Shown piece by piece: positions 1 through 4,555 of a stretch of DNA of 5,053 nucleotides. The notes below the pieces were generated by a model, which was not told the DNA's origin, searched no databases, and saw nothing but the letters and a program-made list of their open reading frames with translations. Each line of letters opens with the position of its first letter. Positions within the stretch are counted from its first letter, which is position 1. This DNA comes from a virus (lineage: Duplodnaviria; Heunggongvirae; Uroviricota; Caudoviricetes), in the IMG/VR virus record IMGVR_UViG_2671181111_000008, one strand, 5' to 3'. Position numbers and translations under genes: made by a program.

Positions 1-61
1 ATAGATGGGCGCGATTGTTGCCAGACAGGACAATTTTCACAAGACGTCGCTGATGGGGCGC

Positions 62-82
62 TTACCGTAATGATGGCGACAT
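62..82 (-). pseudogene. Probable remnant of an SAR-endolysin (R21-like) start: ATG overlapping the holin stop, then MSPSLR and TAA
   Basis: Minus strand reads GAA-TAA-TG: ATG at 82..80 overlaps the S stop (84..82) in a TAATG arrangement, as in lambdoid S-R junctions. It translates M-S-P-S-L-R and then stops at TAA (64..62). From memory, phage 21 endolysin begins MPPSLRK. Downstream sequence does not continue an endolysin-like frame. Confidence 0.35.
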
Positions 83-297
83 TATTCACCTCTCGCAGCC
101 TTACGCTTGTCTTCTCTGATTTTGAAGTACAGATTTGTCAGATAAGTCAGGAAGCCCAGAACCAGACTCCCCAGTACACCAATCGCAGCCCACTGTGACG
201 GACTGACCTGATCAAGCCACTGTAAAAACCAGTAGCCAGCACTGCCTGCGGAGGTGCCGTAGGCAATGCCCGTTGAAATTTTGTCCATGGATTTCAT
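82..297 (-). CDS. S: Class II holin / pinholin, S21-like (71 aa)
   Basis: 71-codon ORF with ATG at 297..295 and GGAGG Shine-Dalgarno (309..305) 7 nt upstream. N-terminus MKSMDK gives the Met1/Met4 dual-start motif. Two hydrophobic segments and a charged C-tail ([13 protein letters not shown]). The sequence matches my recollection of the phage 21 pinholin. Position downstream of Q and tRNAs fits a lambdoid late operon. Confidence 0.85.
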   Translation of the reverse strand: MKSMDKISTGIAYGTSAGSAGYWFLQWLDQVSPSQWAAIGVLGSLVLGFLTYLTNLYFKIREDKRKAARGE

Positions 298-404
298 AGC
301 CTCACCTCCGCAAATAACGGATGGCGTAGTTTTACACTGAGAAATGAAAGGGATTTGAAAAGAAAAAACCGCAAAAGCGGGCGAAACGATATATACAGTA
401 AGGA

Positions 405-457
405 AAGCACTCTATCCAACAAACCACTCACAGTTAATCGGAATAAAAGCAGAGTGC
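405..457. repeat. Perfect 9-bp inverted repeat (aagcactct / agagtgctt) with 35-nt spacer
   Basis: Arms at 405-413 and 449-457 are exact reverse complements, read directly from the sequence. Confidence 0.6.
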
Positions 458-530
458 TTATGAATGATCGCCTGCCCGAAGGTTAGTATTTCTGCACAGC
501 AATTTTGCAAAAAAAAGCGATCATTCATAA
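458..530. repeat. Perfect 14-bp inverted repeat (ttatgaatgatcgc / gcgatcattcataa) with 45-nt spacer containing an A8 run
   Basis: Arms at 458-471 and 517-530 are exact reverse complements. The spacer 472-516 contains aaaaaaaa at 509-516. Confidence 0.65.
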
Positions 531-537
531 CTTAAAC

Positions 538-583
538 GTCTTTCAGTCACTCCGGGATTTCCCATCATCGCAGACTGAAAGAC
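538..583. repeat. Perfect 11-bp inverted repeat (gtctttcagtc / gactgaaagac) with 24-nt spacer, immediately 3' of the tRNA-Gly-like gene
   Basis: Arms at 538-548 and 573-583 are exact reverse complements. It sits 7 nt beyond the CCA end of the tRNA at 590. Confidence 0.6.
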
Positions 584-589
584 TCTAAC

Positions 590-656
<67 letters not shown>

Positions 657-664
<8 letters not shown>

Positions 665-795
665 NNNNNNNNNNNNNNNNNNNNNNNNNNNNNNNNNNNN
701 NNNNNNNNNNNNNNNNNNNNNNNNNNNNNNNNNNNNNNNNNNNNNNNNNNNNNNNNNNNNNNNNNNNNNNNNNNNNNNNNNNNNNNNNNNNNNNN
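657..795. other. 139-nt run of N (assembly gap or masked sequence)
   Basis: Read directly. It removes the 5' end of the tRNA at 590-664 and about 130 nt of what is otherwise tRNA-cluster spacer. Confidence 1.
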
Positions 796-817
796 ACCTA
801 CTGAGCCAAGTCGGCAC

Positions 818-894
818 TGGACCGCCACCGGGGACTCGAACCTCGCACACTCAACTTAAAGGGTTGACGCTCTTTCCTGATGAGCTAGTGGCGG
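818..894 (-). tRNA. tRNA-like gene with atypical anticodon loop CCUUUAA (C33; anticodon positions read UUU); isotype uncertain
   Basis: Reverse complement folds as a cloverleaf: perfect 7-bp acceptor stem (CCGCCAC/GTGGCGG, C1-G72), D-stem GCTC/GAGC with 9-nt loop containing GG, anticodon stem TCAAC/GTTGA, 5-nt variable loop, T-arm CGAGG-TTCGAGT-CCCCG with one A-C mismatch, discriminator U, encoded CCA at 820..818. Position 33 is C rather than the near-universal U. Confidence 0.6.
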
Positions 895-895
895 T

Positions 896-971
896 TGGTG
901 GCCCTTGCTGGATTTGAACCAGCGACCTGGCGATTATGAGTCGCTCGCTCTCACCACTGAGCTAAAGGGCC
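896..971 (-). tRNA. ileZ: tRNA with CAU anticodon, tRNA-Ile2 (lysidine-type, ileZ-like) rather than tRNA-Met
   Basis: 76-nt cloverleaf: acceptor GGCCCTT/AAGGGCC, D-arm GCTC-AGTGGTGA-GAGC, anticodon loop CUCAUAA (U33, anticodon CAU), T-arm GCTGG-TTCAAAT-CCAGC, discriminator A, encoded CCA. It closely resembles my recollection of E. coli tRNA-Ile2 (ileX), and lambdoid Q-to-S regions typically carry ileZ. Confidence 0.8.
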
Positions 972-980
972 GAGCGCAGG

Positions 981-1009
981 ATAATAACGTTACGAAATCA
1001 ATGTTGCAA
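981..1009 (-). promoter_or_regulatory. Candidate sigma70 promoter for the tRNA cluster (TTGCAA -17- TATTAT)
   Basis: On the minus strand, -35 TTGCAA (1009..1004), 17-nt spacer, -10 TATTAT (986..981), then a GC-rich discriminator cctgcgctc before the tRNA 5' end at 971. The predicted start lies only about 4-6 nt upstream of the mature tRNA. Confidence 0.4.
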
Positions 1010-1069
1010 GCATTCAAAAATCACCCTTATCTCCTCCACCAGCGCATTCACCATGTCTATCCGAGATAA

Positions 1070-1100
1070 GTGGCACAAAAAACCCGCTTGTGGGCGGGTT
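1070..1100 (-). terminator. Rho-independent terminator (candidate tR-prime), bidirectional in appearance
   Basis: Stem aacccgc (1081-1087) / gcgggtt (1094-1100) with 6-nt loop. On the minus strand it is followed by UUUUUUGUG; on the plus strand by ttgtttgctttt. It lies 70-100 nt downstream of the Q-like stop. Confidence 0.6.
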
Positions 1101-1152
1101 TTGTTTGCTTTTGCCATCACGTACAAAATCGGCAAAATATCAGATTTGCATG

Positions 1153-1181
1153 AATATATGCCTTTCAATCTACTTTTGCAA
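1153..1181 (-). promoter_or_regulatory. Candidate late promoter (pR-prime-like), TTGCAA -17- TATATT, overlapping the Q-like stop codon
   Basis: On the minus strand, -35 TTGCAA (1181..1176), 17-nt spacer containing the TAG stop (1172..1170), -10 TATATT (1158..1153). The predicted start near 1146 would give a short transcript ending at the terminator at 1070-1100, the geometry expected of a Q-modified late promoter. Confidence 0.45.
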
Positions 1182-1880
1182 CACTTTGCTTTGAAAATGC
1201 CGTCTTTTTTTTGAACGTGTTCTCATTACAAACAATAAAGCCTCACTATCCAGTCGGTGAAAAATGTGTTTCATTACAACCCAGTGACCAGTAAATGTTT
1301 TGGACCAGTTTTTGGTTGTTACTCCCGCCAGTAATGCCAGCTCCTGATATTCATAACCTTCCCCACCAACCTGGTATTCATAACCTTCCCCACCAAAAAG
1401 TTCTGCTTTTACTGCCTGCGCCGCCAGCCAGATTAATTTTTTCAGGCGTTCCTGCGTTTTCCCTGCAATTTTTCTGGTACCGGATTGAGCATTAAATTCA
1501 TTCCACGCCCACTGTGTTATCGCGATCTGATATTCCCAACAAATACTCCCGCTGTAACACCACAACAACCAGGCTTTATGATGTTCTTCAAGAGACAGAA
1601 CAGCCCGCCGCCACGATGATGTCGAAAACTCAACCGGACTGACCAGAGGAATTGACGTCCCCTTCGCCAGCGATTGCTTTCCCGGGATTGGTGGATTATC
1701 CCGCGTTATCATTTTTCCAGTCACTTCATCGCGGTACCGGATTTTTTTACGCCTGTAACGCCCTGTATCGAACATGGCATTCTCTTGCCAGGCTTCAAGC
1801 TGACCTTTTGTTGCCCCACTCAAATCAGCGGTGGCGATAATGAGCTGCTCACGCACAAACTGTAAATACTGGTTATTCAT
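1170..1880 (-). CDS. Putative late-gene antiterminator (Q-like, about 236 aa), assigned mainly by synteny
   Basis: Long ORF immediately downstream of rusA and upstream of the candidate late promoter, terminator, tRNAs and holin, which is the canonical Q position. The ORF track starts at a GTG (1886); the ATG at 1880..1878 overlaps the rusA TGA stop as ATGA and is the more likely start. I do not recognise a specific Q-family motif, so the function is inferred. Confidence 0.55.
   Translation of the reverse strand: MNNQYLQFVREQLIIATADLSGATKGQLEAWQENAMFDTGRYRRKKIRYRDEVTGKMITRDNPPIPGKQSLAKGTSIPLVSPVEFSTSSWRRAVLSLEEHHKAWLLWCYSGSICWEYQIAITQWAWNEFNAQSGTRKIAGKTQERLKKLIWLAAQAVKAELFGGEGYEYQVGGEGYEYQELALLAGVTTKNWSKTFTGHWVVMKHIFHRLDSEALLFVMRTRSKKRRHFQSKVLQK
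1343..1396. repeat. Tandem 27-bp direct duplication (26/27 identical) inside the Q-like CDS, encoding GGEGYEYQ twice
   Basis: Copy 1 at 1343-1369 (cctgatattcataaccttccccaccaa) and copy 2 at 1370-1396 (cctggtattcataaccttccccaccaa). In frame, giving GGEGYEYQV-GGEGYEYQE in the protein. Confidence 0.9.
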
Positions 1881-2242
1881 GCGCACCCCAGTTCTGTGAT
1901 TTTTATCCCCAGCCGCCCACCAGGAACGAGCTGACCGCGCACAATATTGATTTCATCAAACTGCTCGTCGTCTATAAGTAGTCCAGCATGCGTCAGCGCA
2001 TCCAGCGGTGCCTTCAGGATATTGTCCAGGTCACGACGGCGCTTATCCGGTGGCTCTGCAATAATCTTTATCGCCAGCCTTCCGGACAGGTTTAATTTCA
2101 GTCGCTGCTGGCGAACAATTAGCGCCACATCACGGCGATAACGCTCACCGGCTTTTGATACAAAATATGTGCTGCCACGACGTCGCCAGTAGGTGTTCAC
2201 CGTTGGCGGGTAAGGCAAAACAAATTCTATGCGTTCGGTCAT
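1877..2242 (-). CDS. rusA: Crossover junction endodeoxyribonuclease RusA (Holliday junction resolvase)
   Basis: 121-aa ORF with clear similarity to my recollection of E. coli RusA: PDKRRRDLDN (vs RusA PDRRRRDLDN), LIDDEQ acidic pair, C-terminal GGRLGIKITELG (vs GGRLELTITEMG). ATG at 2242..2240 directly follows the upstream TAA (TAAATG). Confidence 0.9.
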   Translation of the reverse strand: MTERIEFVLPYPPTVNTYWRRRGSTYFVSKAGERYRRDVALIVRQQRLKLNLSGRLAIKIIAEPPDKRRRDLDNILKAPLDALTHAGLLIDDEQFDEINIVRGQLVPGGRLGIKITELGCA

Positions 2243-3301
2243 TTATGCTTTCCACTTCAGAACACCCGAATTTCTCGCGTGCATTAAAAAACGAATCAGC
2301 AACAACAACTGACTACCGTGTTTTTCTTCAAAATCTTTTACCCCGGCGTGTAGTTCGTTATGGCATTTACGACACAGCGGAATAACAAACAAATCGTCAG
2401 CCTTTGTTCCCATCCCTCCCAGTCCATGACCAATGATGTGGTGCGGATCATCTGCCTGATTGCCACACGTCATGCATTTCTGCGTTTTTACCCAGCGCGT
2501 GTATACAGGCATCTCTTCCCGTTGTGGTTTCTGGCGCTGGAGATACTGAGCCGGAGATTCCGGATCAACGGCAATGCTGACCACCGTCTCTTCCTGTGGT
2601 GGATTCTGTTGCTGGTGGGCGTGAGGCAGCGGCGCAAGATTTTTTGTGCGCTGCTTCAGTATGCTGGTGGAGGTCTGCTCTCCCGGCACGATGTCGCTTT
2701 CACGGTACATTGAGCGGATTTTTTCCGCACGCAACCCCAGCGAACGACGTAATACCGCTTCCGGTAGCGCGTCCGCCACCTGATTGCGGACCGCCCACCA
2801 GGATAATTCAGCCAGAGATAATTCACGCTCCTGCGTACCGCTTATTGCGTGACCGATGACGTCAATCATCCATGCTGACAGGTTTTGATGAGCAAGTTGC
2901 TCGAGTGATTCGGATGTCTGGTCACGCAACTGGTTGTCGCAGTGCCAGCACAACACCATTGCGCCGGTACCATAACGGTGAATGACGGTTTCGCTGTGAT
3001 GATAATCGCCGTGTGGCCACTGGCAGGATTTCATATGGCGCAACAGCCAGTCAGACAATGCGCCAGCACCACCAGCAGCACGAATCACCCGTGCGTTACT
3101 GAAAAACGGCAGCAATGTTTTGTCTTCCACCAGCGGCTGGCGAACGGCAGGAACGACCCCGGACGGCAGATTACGCATGCTTTTCGGTTCCGGCTCCACC
3201 AGTACCCGGGTATTGTGGAATACCGGCATGGATTCACGGCCTGGCTTAAGGACCACCAGCCCGAGTTCCGGAACCAGAACAGGTCGAAGTAATACCCGCA
3301 C
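2243..3301 (-). CDS. Prophage nin-region protein, DUF968/YdfU-like with a C-terminal NinG/YbcO-like Cys-His module; probable GTG start
   Basis: 352-codon ORF. C-terminal segment CMTCGNQADDPHHIIGHGLGGMGTKADDLFVIPLCRKCHNELH has the CxxC...H...CxxCH pattern I recall from lambda NinG (Rap) and DLP12 YbcO. Size and position resemble Qin-prophage ydfU. Start is GTG at 3301..3299 with GGAGG (3310..3306) 4 nt upstream; the in-window ATG at 3303 is in another frame. Confidence 0.7.
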   Translation of the reverse strand: MRVLLRPVLVPELGLVVLKPGRESMPVFHNTRVLVEPEPKSMRNLPSGVVPAVRQPLVEDKTLLPFFSNARVIRAAGGAGALSDWLLRHMKSCQWPHGDYHHSETVIHRYGTGAMVLCWHCDNQLRDQTSESLEQLAHQNLSAWMIDVIGHAISGTQERELSLAELSWWAVRNQVADALPEAVLRRSLGLRAEKIRSMYRESDIVPGEQTSTSILKQRTKNLAPLPHAHQQQNPPQEETVVSIAVDPESPAQYLQRQKPQREEMPVYTRWVKTQKCMTCGNQADDPHHIIGHGLGGMGTKADDLFVIPLCRKCHNELHAGVKDFEEKHGSQLLLLIRFLMHARNSGVLKWKA

Positions 3302-3302
3302 A

Positions 3303-3581
3303 TTACCTCCAGATCCGTTGCTGGAATGTGCAGGACGGACGCGGTGGCCGTTCGGAATAAGGGAGCCTGACGAAGATTATCCAGTGACGATAATCGAGAC
3401 TGAGGGCTTTCTTAATCTCGTATCCGTGTCTGCGGTAGCGCTGAATCAGCCATTCAGCCTGTTCTTCGGTGCAGGGGTCGTGCTGATACCAGTCAGATTT
3501 GAATGCATGAGAACGCCGCCCGTGCCTGCTGGCAGGGGCGGCAGAGTTATCCGAATTGTAAAATTTGGTATCGTGCGCCAT
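3303..3581 (-). CDS. Hypothetical prophage protein (92 aa); the ORF-track 135-aa version is over-extended
   Basis: The track ORF starts at a GTG (3710) upstream of, and spanning, the hok terminator (3653-3680), so its first 43 codons are likely untranslated. The first ATG after the terminator is at 3581..3579. The stop TAA (3305..3303) sits 1 nt before the downstream GTG. No recognisable motif; the SD is weak. Confidence 0.45.
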   Translation of the reverse strand: MAHDTKFYNSDNSAAPASRHGRRSHAFKSDWYQHDPCTEEQAEWLIQRYRRHGYEIKKALSLDYRHWIIFVRLPYSERPPRPSCTFQQRIWR

Positions 3582-3652
3582 CTGTTTTCTCTGCTGGCGC
3601 AGCAGGTGCCAGTTGTTCAGGCTGACGGATGGATTGTAAACCAGAACGACCA

Positions 3653-3680
3653 GAAAAAACAAAACCCGCCGAAGCGGGTT
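3653..3680 (-). terminator. Rho-independent terminator of the hok transcript (UUCG tetraloop hairpin plus U-tract)
   Basis: Minus-strand RNA: stem aacccgc / gcgggtt (3680..3674 and 3669..3663) closed by a UUCG loop, followed by UUUUGUUUUUUC (3662..3651). Confidence 0.7.
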
Positions 3681-3748
3681 AAGTGCGGGTGCGTTGAGGA
3701 TGCCTGACACATCAGCGGTGGCGAGGGATTTCTCCCCCGCCGGGTCTC

Positions 3749-3904
3749 TTACTCCTCAGGTTCGTAAGCTGTGAAGACAGCGACCTCCGTCTGGCCGGTT
3801 CGGATTCGTACCTCGCAGAGGTCTTTCCTCGTTACCAGTGCCGTCACTATGACGGTTAAACAGATGACGATCAGGGCGATTAACATCGCCTTTTGCTGCT
3901 TCAT
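3749..3904 (-). CDS. hok: Hok/Gef-family type I toxin (51 aa), HokD/RelF-like
   Basis: Translation MKQQKAMLIALIVICLTVIVTALVTRKDLCEVRIRTGQTEVAVFTAYEPEE matches my recollection of E. coli HokD/RelF. Single N-terminal TM segment and conserved Cys. ATG at 3904..3902 preceded by AAGGAG about 9 nt upstream. The 70-aa track ORF is an in-frame upstream extension. Confidence 0.9.
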   Translation of the reverse strand: MKQQKAMLIALIVICLTVIVTALVTRKDLCEVRIRTGQTEVAVFTAYEPEE

Positions 3905-4078
3905 AGCCTGCTTCTCCTTGCCTTTCGGCACGTAAGAGGCTAACCTACATGTGTTCAGCATGGATTGAGCCTCAGATTAATGTTAAGCGTCTTGCAGGAC
4001 GCGTAATGTTAACTGGGGCTTTTCTCTATCTGCCTTTTGGTGTTCATGCCTGAGACAGATAGCCTCAAGCACCCGCAG
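3905..4078 (-). promoter_or_regulatory. hok mRNA 5' leader (tac-like 5' end, 5' stem-loop, upstream translation-initiation region)
   Basis: Minus-strand sequence gcttgaggctatctg...cagatag...agcctcttac...gcaaggagaag...ATG parallels the plasmid R1 hok leader as I recall it. The 5' segment (about 4078..4063) is complementary, with one bulge, to the 3' UTR segment (about 3700..3685), the fold-back arrangement characteristic of hok mRNAs. Confidence 0.5.
3975..4075 (+). ncRNA. Candidate Sok-like antisense RNA region (ends not determined)
   Basis: By analogy with hok/sok, the antitoxin RNA is transcribed antisense to the hok leader, starting near the upstream initiation region and running toward the hok mRNA 5' end. 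The plus strand here carries weak -10 candidates (TAATGT at 3978-3983 and 4004-4009) and the complement of the hok 5' stem-loop. I could not fix a clean promoter or terminator. Confidence 0.3.
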
Positions 4079-4080
4079 TC

Positions 4081-4109
4081 ATTCTACTTAACTAAGATTT
4101 CCCTGCAAA
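4081..4109 (-). promoter_or_regulatory. Candidate sigma70 promoter of hok mRNA (TTTGCA/TTGCAG -16/17- TAGAAT)
   Basis: On the minus strand, -35 TTGCAG (4108..4103), 16-nt spacer, -10 TAGAAT (4086..4081). Predicted start near 4074, just upstream of the gcgggtgcttgaggct leader segment. Confidence 0.5.
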
Positions 4110-4163
4110 CCGTTTTTGTCCGGCACAGTAAATATCCAACTAAACCAATAGCGTTCGCTGTAT

Positions 4164-4343
4164 TTACCGCCAGTATTCAATGCACATGACCGCCATGAAC
4201 ACCCCTAAAAAAAGGGCATTTATATGTCCAAACATTAATATCAAAACATCAATTTTTTCCATATACCTTGCTGTGAAGATGATGGGCATACATGATGCGA
4301 ACAACCAGAACGCAACAAACAAAAACTGCAATGCGTTTTTCAT
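4164..4343 (-). CDS. Possible small hydrophobic (two-TM) protein, 59 aa, in an AT-rich island
   Basis: Internal ATG (4343..4341) of the 72-aa track ORF is preceded by AGGGGGAATA, an acceptable SD about 5 nt upstream. Product MKNALQFLFVAFWLFASCMPIIFTARYMEKIDVLILMFGHINALFLGVFMAVMCIEYWR has two hydrophobic stretches. AT-rich DNA readily produces spurious ORFs, and an overlapping antisense ORF exists. Confidence 0.25.
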   Translation of the reverse strand: MKNALQFLFVAFWLFASCMPIIFTARYMEKIDVLILMFGHINALFLGVFMAVMCIEYWR

Positions 4344-4555
4344 TATTCCCCCTACAATCAATGTGCAATAACATTTAAACACACCTCAATTTGGCCGGAC
4401 ATATAAATATCTAAACCAGAAAAAATCACTTACATAGCGTTACAAACTCTTTAGTCTAAATACTCATCGTAAAACATTCCCCATACTTATCAGTCCGTTC
4501 CGCGCCAGGTAGCTTATTGCCTTATCTGGCAACCTATAATCAGGTTTCCGCTTTT

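Noticed and set aside
298-589. Shiga toxin or other cargo genes between the tRNAs and the holin
   Set aside because: The interval is under 300 bp and has no ORF of meaningful length on either strand; only inverted repeats are present.
1295-1865. Plus-strand ORFs 1295-1495, 1652-1840 and 1674-1865
   Set aside because: They lie entirely antisense within the Q-like CDS, have no convincing ribosome-binding site, and the first simply translates the tandem repeat antisense.
1947-2385. Plus-strand ORFs 1947-2141 and 2155-2385
   Set aside because: They are antisense to rusA and the 3' end of the DUF968 gene, Ser/Arg-rich and low complexity, as expected of shadow ORFs.
3085-3303. Minus-strand 72-aa ORF starting at the ATG within the TAATG junction
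   Set aside because: It is out of frame within the DUF968 gene and gives a Trp/Cys-rich product. The GTG 2 nt downstream continues the long conserved-looking frame and is the more plausible start.
2360-3707. Plus-strand ORFs 2360-2713, 2596-2859, 2942-3292 and 3120-3707
   Set aside because: All are antisense shadows of the DUF968 gene and the 92-aa ORF; their Arg/Pro/Gly-rich translations are typical of the reverse strand of GC-rich coding sequence.
3905-3961. 70-aa N-terminally extended Hok as the annotated product
   Set aside because: The 51-aa form has a strong AAGGAG site and matches the size of known Hok toxins. The extension is reported as a regulatory question, not as the primary CDS.
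4180-4371. Plus-strand 63-aa ORF in the AT-rich island
   Set aside because: No ribosome-binding site, Asn/Ile-rich low-complexity product, and antisense to the slightly better-supported hydrophobic ORF.
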